Source: a virus | Direction: 5' to 3' (one strand) | Length of the DNA: 64,000 nt | IMG/VR virus record: IMGVR_UViG_3300023180_000018 | In this document: positions 29,422 to 39,430 of the stretch, piece after piece | How positions within the stretch are numbered: position 1 is the stretch's first letter | Layout: every line of letters starts with the position of its first letter | Translations under genes and position numbers: made by a program | The notes under the pieces: generated by a model | Told to the model about the DNA's origin: nothing | The model's input: the letters and a program-made list of their open reading frames with translations, nothing else | Database searches by the model: none

Positions 29422-29453
29422 ACACCATACTATTAAATTAGATGAGTTATATC

Positions 29454-29957
29454 TTAGAACCCTTCGTTCATGTAATCAAATGCCCACGTAACTTCATACG
29501 TTGCAATTGTATCTGTAGTGTTCCAATCCAAATTGATTACGCCTACATCTGTTGGCCAACATCCTTCCAAACTATACCTACGGATAATTGTTCCTTGCTT
29601 ATCAAATAATTTTACTGTAGCATTTTGTTTATATTCTTCACCTGTCAGTAATCTTACGTTTGAATCGCCATAATTAATGTCCATTGACCATTGCTCTAAA
29701 TTAGAACGAACATCGTCGTTTTCTTCCATCATTAAAGTCGTTGTCCACTCAGCGTAAGTCCTATCTCCTGCAATTTTAACCTTACGACCAAAATATGGAA
29801 CTTCAATTACACCCATTGTATATGCAGGAGTAGCAGTAGCTGCGCAAAGAAAACCAAATTGAGAGCCAGCGTATGTAACATCAACTTCAAAAAGGGTAGG
29901 TCTATACCCACCCCTTTGAATGGCGTTTGATTTAAAATCTGTAACGCTAAAAGCCAT
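29454..29957 (-). CDS. gp19: tail tube protein
   Basis: GGYRPTLFEV, YFGRKVKIAGDRTYAEWT, WPTDVGVINLDW. Confidence 0.95.
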   Translation of the reverse strand: MAFSVTDFKSNAIQRGGYRPTLFEVDVTYAGSQFGFLCAATATPAYTMGVIEVPYFGRKVKIAGDRTYAEWTTTLMMEENDDVRSNLEQWSMDINYGDSNVRLLTGEEYKQNATVKLFDKQGTIIRRYSLEGCWPTDVGVINLDWNTTDTIATYEVTWAFDYMNEGF

Positions 29958-29991
29958 TTTATTCTCCTATTTGTTTTAACTATTTTATTTA

Positions 29992-32280
29992 TTAAAAATT
30001 GCCAATAACTTCGGAGAATTCTACTCCGGTTCTAACTGCAACAAAATTCAATTGGATAAAGTTAATTGATTTAGCTGGTTTGATGTAAATATCTCCAATA
30101 AACTCGTTTCTATCAATTACTTCACCAGTATTATTTGTTTCATCACACACAACAGCAAAGTCATATACTCCACGACGGCCTTGAATATCTCTTAAGAAAG
30201 GAGTAACTAAATTAACAAAGCTTGCGCGCGTAAAGGCATCATTAAATTCAAATAATGTAAATTTAGCTGCAGTAGCAATAGCTTTTTCTAATACAATGAA
30301 CAATCTACGAACATTGATTCTATCAAAAGCTGATGGCTTAGCTAATAATGTTTTATCACCAAATAAGATAATACCATTTCCTGGGAAATTAACAACAGGA
30401 TTAATACCGCTCTTATAAATGATATCGCGTTCTGCTTTTTTAGGATTCCACGCCAATTTAACAACGTTTTTAATAGCACCACGATTAAATCCTGCTGGAG
30501 ACCACCAAGCATCGCGGGCCTGATCTGTTGCAGCGCAAAGACCAGCAACATCACCATTTAATGGAACCCATCGATAAATGTCATTATACTTATCATATGC
30601 ATACTTATAACCGGAGTCTAATGTAGCATAAGAAGTAGATCGACATGAATTTCTAAATTCAACAACTCTAGCTTCAGTATCGCCGGTAGTAATGTTTACA
30701 ACGTCTGATTTATCTGGCGAAATAAATGCAATACAATCTTTTCTTGCTTCGCAAATATTATCAACGATATAATTAGCAAGTTGCTCTCCGTTTGTACCAC
30801 CACGTGCTTTACCTGCTAACACTAATGAAATATCAATATCTTCAGCAGATTTAAATAAATTATAAGAATTAATTAAGTCTGCAATAGCAACAGTATCTTC
30901 GCCCTTTGTATCACGTCCACCAACCAAAGATTTTGTATATGGATTAACATTTGTTGAGCTAGTAAGATTTAACGCGGTAGCAGAACCTGAATTACTGCGA
31001 TCCTGGGCCCACCACAAATATTTTGAAGATTGATTGATTACTTCTTTATAATGAAGAGTTGATCCATCTTCACTTTTAACATTTGTTCCACGAGATAATC
31101 CTTGGAATACTTCTAAGATTGTACCAGGAACTCCACTGAATCCACCATCTTCATCAGCAATAACTACATGAAGTTCGTCTTGAGCTGATGTATTACCTTG
31201 TGTAAATTGATATGTAGATTGTCCTGGCGCGCCTTCTACTGAATCCCAATATTCCCACTTTCTAGAAAGTTTTGTATCAGAAAAATCTGTAGATAAACCA
31301 TATGGATCTTTAAATGTAATAGTCGCAGTAACCACACCAGTTTCAACGGCGAGTGCTTCAACTTTAGTAATCTCGCTAATTTCTTCTACTTGAAGATATT
31401 GAACACCAATAGTTGTATTACCGAGTTTAACCTGGTCTCCTACAATAATTGTATCTAACGCAGTTTGTAATGAATCGGCGCCTGAGTTAGCATCTCCGGC
31501 TGCGGTGTTAGCAATAGTAATTGTTGCAACCTTAGAACCAACTGAAATACTTAACGTAGCAGAAGATGTATTAGCAGCATCAATTGCAGTTAAATCTGTT
31601 TCTGTTTCAAACGCGGCCGCACTATCACACACAGATACTTTTAATGAATTACCTAATTCGCCTGGGTATTTAGCAACCCATTGTACGTCTGCATCAAAAG
31701 TTACTGTTTCATAGTGTTCATCGTTTTTTACGATTTGACCCGGCAAAGACGCAACATTTGAGTTTGCAATAGCGTTGAGCGAATAATCAGCATCAAAATA
31801 TTGCAATTGAACTGTTGTTGGTGTATTTGGGCCTATAGCAGCTTGGCTTAATACGATATCTGTATTAGATCCATTTTCTGTAGCTGAAACTACTGTTGTT
31901 CCATCTGGAATATATTGTCCAAAAACTGCTTCACCACCAGTAAGTCCAAGATCTAAACTTTGAACTGTGATGGCAGTGGTATCACCTACTTCAGAATCTT
32001 CAATTACAACAGTTCCTGTTGAATGTGAAGCACGACTTACGTTTAATTTATTGCCATAAGCTAAAAAGCTAGAAGCAGTAAAAAACGTTTCTGCGTTTAA
32101 ATTCGAAGGCTTACCATAACGAGAAACGAGAGCGTCTTCTGAACTAATTAGCAATGATTTTTCTACAGGTCCCCAACGAAAAACACCACCAATAGCTGCA
32201 TCGGTGGTTGCTACCGCTGGAATTACTGTAGTAAGATCAACCTCAGTTACATTAACGCCTGGGCTTAATTGAAAAGGCAT
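29992..32280 (-). CDS. gp18: tail sheath protein
   Basis: SPGVNVTEVDLT, WWSPAGFNRG, FDRINVRRLF, IYIKPAKSINFIQLNFVA. Confidence 0.97.
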   Translation of the reverse strand: MPFQLSPGVNVTEVDLTTVIPAVATTDAAIGGVFRWGPVEKSLLISSEDALVSRYGKPSNLNAETFFTASSFLAYGNKLNVSRASHSTGTVVIEDSEVGDTTAITVQSLDLGLTGGEAVFGQYIPDGTTVVSATENGSNTDIVLSQAAIGPNTPTTVQLQYFDADYSLNAIANSNVASLPGQIVKNDEHYETVTFDADVQWVAKYPGELGNSLKVSVCDSAAAFETETDLTAIDAANTSSATLSISVGSKVATITIANTAAGDANSGADSLQTALDTIIVGDQVKLGNTTIGVQYLQVEEISEITKVEALAVETGVVTATITFKDPYGLSTDFSDTKLSRKWEYWDSVEGAPGQSTYQFTQGNTSAQDELHVVIADEDGGFSGVPGTILEVFQGLSRGTNVKSEDGSTLHYKEVINQSSKYLWWAQDRSNSGSATALNLTSSTNVNPYTKSLVGGRDTKGEDTVAIADLINSYNLFKSAEDIDISLVLAGKARGGTNGEQLANYIVDNICEARKDCIAFISPDKSDVVNITTGDTEARVVEFRNSCRSTSYATLDSGYKYAYDKYNDIYRWVPLNGDVAGLCAATDQARDAWWSPAGFNRGAIKNVVKLAWNPKKAERDIIYKSGINPVVNFPGNGIILFGDKTLLAKPSAFDRINVRRLFIVLEKAIATAAKFTLFEFNDAFTRASFVNLVTPFLRDIQGRRGVYDFAVVCDETNNTGEVIDRNEFIGDIYIKPAKSINFIQLNFVAVRTGVEFSEVIGNF

Positions 32281-32335
32281 ATTGTTTTTCTCCCTATAGG
32301 CTTTGTATTCAATATTGAATTGGAATCATTATAGT

Positions 32336-32343
32336 TATTTATA
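32336..32343 (-). promoter_or_regulatory. late promoter TATAAATA (gp18)
   Basis: exact consensus. Confidence 0.75.
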
Positions 32344-32349
32344 AAAATC

Positions 32350-33993
32350 TTATTTTCTTAAAAACTGATCAAAATCACTGACAGCATAAATAACTTCTTC
32401 AATATATTCATCTCGCCCATCATCAATTATGCCGAATGGCACCAATTCATTCATAATTTGTTCGTTATTCATATCTCTAAGATGATTTATAGTATTTATA
32501 TCGGTTAATTCTTTAAAATATTGTTGATTACTTAACCACGCAAATAAACCTAGGCACATTGTTAAGTCGTCATGATTCCCTGGTTCGGCCTCATAACTAC
32601 TTCCTTTTTTACTAAAAGTAGATAGTTCTTTAATTGTTTCAAAATCACTTATAATTAATTGGTTTTGTTCTATTAATAATTTCAATAAAGAACACGCTAA
32701 AGATTTAACAGCTTTTGTTGTTCTTACACCTTTATCCGCTTGCCCAGAAAATCCTGCAGATAATCTTTTACCACTTCTACCCATGTTTTCCGTAAATAAC
32801 ATATTTTCATATTCTAAATCCTCGAATAAAGTTACCGATACTTGTTCACCTATATCATTAATTTCTACTAATACTTGTGCATCATTATAGTGTTTTGCTA
32901 ATTGATAGATAATATCAGTAAAATCTCTTGGAGTAATCATATTATCTCTAAAAATACATACTTGCAAATATGGCATTTTAGTCACATCAATAATTTGGAA
33001 TGCTGAATAATCTAGTCCTTTTCCACGAGAAACATCGACAGTCATAACATAAGATCTTTGCGCTTTTGGAGATTGATACATTTTAACCCCGTGCGATTCA
33101 TGAATAGGATCTTTATATACTAATTCTTTAAGTTTCCATCCAGCAATTAATGTTCCAGAACTACCTAAAAATTCACACTCCATTTCTTGCGCAAATTTTT
33201 CTTCATCAAAATCCATAGCAGCAAGAGTTTCTTTTCGCCAGGCTGCGTCTCTTCCAGGAACATCATTCCATTTAACTTCAATAAATTTATATCCATTCCT
33301 TCCATCTTTTGCACCTTCACACGTTTTATAAAAATGATTTAAACCATTTGGTGTAGATGTTAATAATATCTTTGTAGTATCACCAGAAGAAATTGTTGGA
33401 AATACAGAAGCAAAAAATTCATCCCAATTTTCAACAAATGCTGTTTCGTCTATATAAAGGAAAGATACAGATTTACCACGAATAGCTGAAGAAGATGTAG
33501 CTGCAGCTATAATTTTAGAACCATTTTCAAATTCAACAGTTCCTTTATTCCATTCAACTACACCTTGTTGCATCCATTTTGGTAATGCTTCATACGCAAC
33601 TTTAATTCTTTCTAAAATTTCTCTCGCAGCATCACCCTTATTTGCTAATAAAGCGACCGTTTTATGCTCATTAAATAAAATATAATGCAATATTAAACAA
33701 ACAGCAGTAGTAGTTTTACCTGCCTGACGAGATGTAACTACTACTGTTCTTCTATTATTACTAGTAGTATCAATAATTTCACTTTGATAAGGATATAAAT
33801 CTATAGGTATTAATCCACGATCAACATGAACAATTTTGATGTATGTTTGTGAAAAATGAATTGGATCAGCAGCACATTTTAAAAATTCTTGGACCATTTC
33901 TTCGGTCCAATTAATGTTTACGCCTTTTCTTTTAAGATTTACATTTCCTAAATAGGATTTATAATCATCAATATCTTCAATTGTTTGTTGCAT
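32350..33993 (-). CDS. gp17: terminase large subunit
   Basis: SRQAGKTT Walker A, YIDETAF Walker B, STPNGLNHFY, DVSRGKGLDYS, HDDLTM. Confidence 0.97.
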   Translation of the reverse strand: MQQTIEDIDDYKSYLGNVNLKRKGVNINWTEEMVQEFLKCAADPIHFSQTYIKIVHVDRGLIPIDLYPYQSEIIDTTSNNRRTVVVTSRQAGKTTTAVCLILHYILFNEHKTVALLANKGDAAREILERIKVAYEALPKWMQQGVVEWNKGTVEFENGSKIIAAATSSSAIRGKSVSFLYIDETAFVENWDEFFASVFPTISSGDTTKILLTSTPNGLNHFYKTCEGAKDGRNGYKFIEVKWNDVPGRDAAWRKETLAAMDFDEEKFAQEMECEFLGSSGTLIAGWKLKELVYKDPIHESHGVKMYQSPKAQRSYVMTVDVSRGKGLDYSAFQIIDVTKMPYLQVCIFRDNMITPRDFTDIIYQLAKHYNDAQVLVEINDIGEQVSVTLFEDLEYENMLFTENMGRSGKRLSAGFSGQADKGVRTTKAVKSLACSLLKLLIEQNQLIISDFETIKELSTFSKKGSSYEAEPGNHDDLTMCLGLFAWLSNQQYFKELTDINTINHLRDMNNEQIMNELVPFGIIDDGRDEYIEEVIYAVSDFDQFLRK

Positions 33994-34387
33994 CGTCTTT
34001 ATTCATTAATTTTAGTAAATCGCTGGTGCTTCCAACAAATAAATTATTATTAATTGTTCCTGCTATTTCTTCTGGTTTTAATAAATCTTTTTTCTTTTTT
34101 TGTATTTCTAATAAATCTTTATTTACATCAACCAAAGTTTTAATCATTTGAGCTAAAACTTCATATGAACGAGGGTGTTGAGATTGATCTGCAATAGACA
34201 TTAACTCATCCATTGCGCCATGTCCTTTCTCTATAATATCATATAAGTTTTGTCTAACGTATTTTAAATCTTGTTCTGCTTCATGATCTGTTTGAATAGA
34301 TGGTTTATAAGCTGTAGGTAATTGCGTATCATTTTCTATTTCAATAGGATTCATATTTAAAACATCACTAATTATATCTTTACTCAC
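33977..34387 (-). CDS. gp16: terminase small subunit
   Basis: HPRSYEVLAQMIK and NNNLFVGSTSDL; upstream of gp17. Confidence 0.9.
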   Translation of the reverse strand: MSKDIISDVLNMNPIEIENDTQLPTAYKPSIQTDHEAEQDLKYVRQNLYDIIEKGHGAMDELMSIADQSQHPRSYEVLAQMIKTLVDVNKDLLEIQKKKKDLLKPEEIAGTINNNLFVGSTSDLLKLMNKDDATNN

Positions 34388-35256
34388 TATTCAATGTCCT
34401 TAGGGTCTTGTATATCTACAATAAATCCATAATTGTCTTCCGATGAAATGTTATTGGCAGAAATACTTAATGCAGAATTAGAAGTTGGTTCACCGTTTGC
34501 AGTTAATCCTGGGCTGACATCAACAGAAGCTATTGCATTAACTAAAGATGAATCAATATCATTATATAATGATGAATCATATAATTCTGTATTTGCAACG
34601 TTAATAATTCCAGAATTTTTGATAGGACCAAAGAATTGTGCTTTCATAACAAAATTTAAAGTCCAAATAAGAGATCTTCTACTGTCATAATCTCCTTCAT
34701 ATACATCATCTTGAGAAACATCAGTTAAAACTAAAGGAACATCTAAAACAATATCAGGATCATTTATTAATTTAACCGTAGTATTCCATTCTGGAGTAAA
34801 ATATGGTAAAATTTGTTCAACAATTGCAGTGCCATCTTCTGTATTCTTACAAAATACAGAAAGTGAAAAATTTATATCGTATGGAACCGGATTGTATGTA
34901 TATTTTCTGCTAGTATCATCACTTGTAACATCTTTAACAATAAACCTATTAATAGTAGATAATTTTCTTTCTGGCGCATAATTCATTCCTACAATTTCAA
35001 ATCCTAAGCGAGGTAAAACTATAGCAACAGGCCTAGTCATAGGATCTTCATCACTTTGTGCACCAGTATAACCAGTTATTCCGCCAGTAATTCTTGATAA
35101 AAATTTATCACGGGGTCCATATGCTATAGGTATTTTTATAGATTGAATTACTTTACCATTATTATCTTTTCGATTAATCCAAAGATCATTAAATAGTGTG
35201 CCAAATAGAATAACATACTTTTTTATCATTTCGTGGTAAAAAGTTTGGCCAAACAT
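34387..35256 (-). CDS. gp15: tail sheath stabilizer / completion protein
   Basis: FGTLFNDL, IPIAYGPRDKF, LPRLGFE, EQILPYFTP. Confidence 0.93.
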   Translation of the reverse strand: MFGQTFYHEMIKKYVILFGTLFNDLWINRKDNNGKVIQSIKIPIAYGPRDKFLSRITGGITGYTGAQSDEDPMTRPVAIVLPRLGFEIVGMNYAPERKLSTINRFIVKDVTSDDTSRKYTYNPVPYDINFSLSVFCKNTEDGTAIVEQILPYFTPEWNTTVKLINDPDIVLDVPLVLTDVSQDDVYEGDYDSRRSLIWTLNFVMKAQFFGPIKNSGIINVANTELYDSSLYNDIDSSLVNAIASVDVSPGLTANGEPTSNSALSISANNISSEDNYGFIVDIQDPKDIE

Positions 35257-35984
35257 TAAATATTACCTTCAGAAAATGGATTTGTTTCACTAAAATCAAT
35301 AATATTATCACCATCTGTTTCTAAAGTTACATTATCTGCAAAAGGATCAGTTGAAATAAATGATGTATTTGCGTTTTGTATTCTTCCCGTATCAACATCA
35401 ATTATAATATCACCATTTGCGTATAAATCACCCCGATCAAGAATTCCAGCATCTAATGAATATTGTTTTTGAATTGAATCTATTGCATCTAATCCTGTAC
35501 TCAATTCTTCATTACTATATTCAAATAATTCACAACGAATATCATATGTTTGTAACCCACCCATTTGATAAAATACTGCCTCATGCTCTACAAATTTAAC
35601 TTGATAAACACGATTTGTTAATGGTAAATAAATTAAATCGCCTTCTCTTGGTCTACTTTGTATTTCAATAGCACCAATTTCATTATTAAAAACCCTTTGT
35701 GCAATAGAGAACGTAATTTCATCTCTAATTTGAACACCAAATTTAGAAAGAAAATCACCCTCTCCTTCGAATCCTTCAATATTCTTAATATACATTTCAA
35801 CCAAATACGTATTAACATATCTAGAAATTCTATCTTCGTTAAATGTAGAATCAATTGCTACTAATTGCCGCGGAGAATAATAAACGTCGTGGCCATACAT
35901 TTTAATAGACTCGATAATTAAATCTTCTATTAAATTTTTTTCTGCATAACTATCAAAGTTATTAAAAAATACATTAGTAGCCAT
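35256..35984 (-). CDS. gp14: neck protein
   Basis: EDLIIESIKMYG, GEGDFLSKFG, RPREGDLIY, FSETNPF. Confidence 0.93.
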   Translation of the reverse strand: MATNVFFNNFDSYAEKNLIEDLIIESIKMYGHDVYYSPRQLVAIDSTFNEDRISRYVNTYLVEMYIKNIEGFEGEGDFLSKFGVQIRDEITFSIAQRVFNNEIGAIEIQSRPREGDLIYLPLTNRVYQVKFVEHEAVFYQMGGLQTYDIRCELFEYSNEELSTGLDAIDSIQKQYSLDAGILDRGDLYANGDIIIDVDTGRIQNANTSFISTDPFADNVTLETDGDNIIDFSETNPFSEGNI

Positions 35985-35990
35985 AACTGG

Positions 35991-36018
35991 TTGACATTTC
36001 CTGTTTTTTGCGTATAAT
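35991..36018 (+). promoter_or_regulatory. consensus sigma70 promoter TTGACA-N16-TATAAT, antisense to gp13
   Basis: TTGACA tttcctgttttttgcg TATAAT on the plus strand in the gp13-gp14 gap. Confidence 0.65.
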
Positions 36019-36038
36019 AGCTATTGAGCTAATAATAA

Positions 36039-36782
36039 TTATCCTCTCATATCCATTACTGGTAATGAGTAGTTATTAATCATTTGTTCTTCTAGTTTAG
36101 TAATTTCTGCTTGAGCATCATCGTACAGTTTAGCGCCATTAAAGGTTATACCGCCAGGCAATTGCATCCCTTCAAATTTTGTTAAATTAGAACCCCATTG
36201 TCTTTTAATTAATTGCGTAGTATAATGCTTAAGCCATCTGTCATTCCAAACATCTGTGTATGTATCTGGATCTACGATTTCGTAAGCTTCTACTAAAACA
36301 TATTTGTCTAATTCTAAAGCAGCCTCGCCTTTATCAATGTGTAATATATTTCTATGTCTATTATAACGTATAGGAGTTCTACCTACTAAAATTTCTTGAA
36401 CTAACGCAAGATGTTCCATTGACATGTAATAATCGATTAATCCAACATTAACTAATGTATATAAATCATTTAAAGCAATTTGATATCGTATATTAAATAA
36501 ATCACCAGCACTAGTTGCAGGATCACTCATTTCAAATATTTTTACAACTCCCATTATATTTTCCGGAAGAGTAATAGATTTATCATCAATGTTTTGCTGA
36601 GTTATTTGATGCTTATAATAAACTTTTGATGTTCCATCGAAATGATAATCATAGTAAAATCTTAAAGCTTCATCAATTCTATCATCTACTTGATCATCAT
36701 CTACATTAATTTCTATTACTGGCTTACCTAAAGCTCTTAAGCAATATTCTTTAAATTCAGATCTTGTAGTTGGATTAGCCAT
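36039..36782 (-). CDS. gp13: neck protein
   Basis: YCLRALGKPVIEINVDDDQ, KRQWGSNLTKFEGMQLPGG. Confidence 0.94.
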   Translation of the reverse strand: MANPTTRSEFKEYCLRALGKPVIEINVDDDQVDDRIDEALRFYYDYHFDGTSKVYYKHQITQQNIDDKSITLPENIMGVVKIFEMSDPATSAGDLFNIRYQIALNDLYTLVNVGLIDYYMSMEHLALVQEILVGRTPIRYNRHRNILHIDKGEAALELDKYVLVEAYEIVDPDTYTDVWNDRWLKHYTTQLIKRQWGSNLTKFEGMQLPGGITFNGAKLYDDAQAEITKLEEQMINNYSLPVMDMRG

Positions 36783-36796
36783 TATTGTATCTCTAG

Positions 36797-37609
36797 TTAA
36801 AGTGTAATTTCATCCATGTTAACACTGCCATGTAAAGCTATAAATGCTAAAATTGTATCGTCACTTGTTGCAATAATTTCTTGTGAATTTGTTGGATCAT
36901 AATCAACGTATTGATTTATTGATACGTTTTCAGAATTTATAGTAAAAGAACCATTTAAACATACAATTCTACCACCAATTGCACCTGGAAATACTTTTGT
37001 GTTCATTGTTTCTGAAGAAGAAAGTTGCGCGCAATCCCACAGTTGAGTTGGAGTATCTAATGTCTGTAAGCTTGGAGGTACACCTATTTGCCAACACTCC
37101 CAGCCGCCTACTCCGGCTACTAGTTTACTTCCAGTATTTCGAAAATAAGATTCTGGATTTAAATTTAATCCATTTTCACACACTGTAGATTCAATTTGAT
37201 TTCCAGTATCATATTGAATGATAATATCTTCTTGTGAATTTAATTTTAAAGTGTGCGTTCCATTTCCCCTAATAATCCCTATATGATAACATGGGCACAA
37301 GATTTCAGGATTATACGAAGAATGATTTGTATATACGTCATCTATATTTAACTTCAATATAGGCGTTTTTCTAATCATATTTACGTCACTTATAGTGCTA
37401 GATAAGTGCATATTTTCTCTTAAATCAATCTCGGGATCATCTCCTGCACATAATATATAATGATTTTCACTTAAAACAGATTTTAATACTACTAAATTCC
37501 TCCAATATATCTGATGATCATCAACATCAAACATACCTTTTGTAACCGTTACACCCGGACCAAAAGCAATATTAGTGTGTGAATCGTAATTTATATTTCT
37601 AACTGTCAT
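36797..37609 (-). CDS. hypothetical protein (possible cupin-like beta-barrels)
   Basis: 270-aa beta-rich ORF; weak cupin/pirin-like pattern at the C-terminus only. Confidence 0.5.
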   Translation of the reverse strand: MTVRNINYDSHTNIAFGPGVTVTKGMFDVDDHQIYWRNLVVLKSVLSENHYILCAGDDPEIDLRENMHLSSTISDVNMIRKTPILKLNIDDVYTNHSSYNPEILCPCYHIGIIRGNGTHTLKLNSQEDIIIQYDTGNQIESTVCENGLNLNPESYFRNTGSKLVAGVGGWECWQIGVPPSLQTLDTPTQLWDCAQLSSSETMNTKVFPGAIGGRIVCLNGSFTINSENVSINQYVDYDPTNSQEIIATSDDTILAFIALHGSVNMDEITL

Positions 37610-37611
37610 TT

Positions 37612-38385
37612 TTAACCTGCGCTATTTCTAGATTTTAAACATCTACCATTGTTAATTGGTAAATATTTTTCATTTATATCCATTTTTAATTTTAGAATCA
37701 TATCTGATTCTTTTTTTGCAATTTGTTCAATGTTTCTAATATATTTATAATTCAAATGATCTGTGTACTCTAATAAACGATTAAAATTATATGTCCATGC
37801 TTCTGCAACAGTACATCTTCCAGTTTTTACAAATTTTCTATAATCATGACATACAGCACTTAATCCCTTTACGCCATAATTTAAACAGTTCTTAGCATCA
37901 AACGCATGATCTATTAAAGGATCTTCTTTATGTAAATAGTTTATTGGCATATCTGTTACTGCCACTTTACTTAAAAATCCGGAATCTTGTTCAGGAATAT
38001 AATTAAATAAGAATGGATTTAATATAAAAAATGATAAATCTGCTATTCCAGGATTTGCTTTTATTCTTAAATTATTATAATAACTTGCAAGATTTGAATC
38101 TTTTGAAAAAGTATATCTTTTATTTTTATAAAACGCAAAATTCGAATTGCAAATAGAATTATATTGTAAATTAATTAAATTTAGATCGCATATAATTCCA
38201 CTGGCCAAGGCAATAGTTGGTCTTGTACAATTTTTTAATACAGTATTAACTTTTTTATTATTTTCACATTGAATAATTGACCATTTCCAATCTGGAGTAT
38301 TTTTTTTCAAAGAATTAATAGTTAAAGGTAAAAGATCATTATCATTATTTAATATGATAACATCAAATTTTTGAATGTTGCTCAT
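37612..38385 (-). CDS. putative glycosyltransferase-like protein (divergent GT-A)
   Basis: N-terminal DVIIL...LTINSLKKN strand-helix resembles GT-A starts; no clear DxD; start reassigned to the ATG at 38385. Confidence 0.4.
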   Translation of the reverse strand: MSNIQKFDVIILNNDNDLLPLTINSLKKNTPDWKWSIIQCENNKKVNTVLKNCTRPTIALASGIICDLNLINLQYNSICNSNFAFYKNKRYTFSKDSNLASYYNNLRIKANPGIADLSFFILNPFLFNYIPEQDSGFLSKVAVTDMPINYLHKEDPLIDHAFDAKNCLNYGVKGLSAVCHDYRKFVKTGRCTVAEAWTYNFNRLLEYTDHLNYKYIRNIEQIAKKESDMILKLKMDINEKYLPINNGRCLKSRNSAG

Positions 38386-39274
38386 GTTCAAATTTATCCT
38401 CAAAATATTTAAAATAATTATAAATTCTTTCTTCTTGATTTTTACTATCAACTGAAATCAATCCGTTAAAATTACAAGAAAATATTGATTTCAAATCTTG
38501 TTGTATTTCTTTTTTCATTTCGTTTGGATTTTTTTTATCAAAATATATATGCTTATAAAAATTGGAATAAGTATATGATCCACGTTCTTTTCCAACGTAT
38601 GCTGTATCTAACCCTTTAATAAAGGCGATAAGGCCCATTTCAGTATTTTCACAAAATCCAACTTTATTACAATTAGCAAGAATTTCATGTCCGGACAATT
38701 CTTTATTGATAATGTTATTTTTTCCAAATTTATACTGTAGATGAGATAACATAGATTCAGGTGTTATAGGATGACACTTTATTTTAGCATTTTCACTTTT
38801 TATTAATTGCGTTATTTTATCTTCATCTACAATTTTATTGTAAATATTGTTGCCGGGTAAAAATATAACAAAATCGTTATAATCTTTATTTCGCGTAGGT
38901 CTCAATGAATATTTGTCGACATGTTTCTCATATAAAATGTTGAAAATATTTTCACCATCTTCATTAATTTTTGTCTTTTTACTTTCTTTAATTATTTCAG
39001 AATTTCTTAATCTAGATGAACATCTAATATATACAAATTTACCTAAACAATCTGTATAAAAATATCCAGAAATTTTATTATCATTTCGAGAGGAATAAGA
39101 AACATCATATTCTAATTTCGTTTTTCTTTCTTCAATTTCTTTAAATGGTAATTTTTCTCGTAATTTTGTTAATTCAACGTCATTACTAACAGATCTTAAC
39201 GCGGTACCAGATTTAAAAAAATGTGCAGATATATTTCCTAAATTGTCATCACTCGCTAGAAATTTTAGTGGCAT
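38363..39274 (-). CDS. capsule-polysaccharide synthesis (KpsS/KpsC-like GT-B) related protein
   Basis: IKCHP...SGHEILANCNKVGFCENTEMGLIAFIKG resembles the KxHP...ll...V...nStvGleA..G pattern. Confidence 0.5.
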   Translation of the reverse strand: MPLKFLASDDNLGNISAHFFKSGTALRSVSNDVELTKLREKLPFKEIEERKTKLEYDVSYSSRNDNKISGYFYTDCLGKFVYIRCSSRLRNSEIIKESKKTKINEDGENIFNILYEKHVDKYSLRPTRNKDYNDFVIFLPGNNIYNKIVDEDKITQLIKSENAKIKCHPITPESMLSHLQYKFGKNNIINKELSGHEILANCNKVGFCENTEMGLIAFIKGLDTAYVGKERGSYTYSNFYKHIYFDKKNPNEMKKEIQQDLKSIFSCNFNGLISVDSKNQEERIYNYFKYFEDKFEHEQHSKI

Positions 39275-39419
39275 TTTTTAATTCCTCAATATTTTTTTCT
39301 AATGCTATAATATCTTTTTCAAATTCATTTAATCTATCATCAACTTTTCTAAAATGTTCCATAATGATTGTAATCATAACTTCAAATTTATTATCTAATG
39401 TTTCAAAACTTTTTTCCAT
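39249..39419 (-). CDS. small coiled-coil protein (56 aa, not in the ORF track)
   Basis: MEKSFETLDNKFEVMITIIMEHFRKVDDRLNEFEKDIIALEKNIEELKNATKISSE; GGTGA RBS; fills the gap between the fibre and the KpsS-like gene. Confidence 0.7.
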   Translation of the reverse strand: MEKSFETLDNKFEVMITIIMEHFRKVDDRLNEFEKDIIALEKNIEELKNATKISSE

Positions 39420-39430
39420 AATAATTCACC

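Noticed and set aside
27662-33993. Introns, inteins or homing endonucleases in gp17-gp20
   Set aside because: ORFs are continuous and of ordinary length; no such motifs seen
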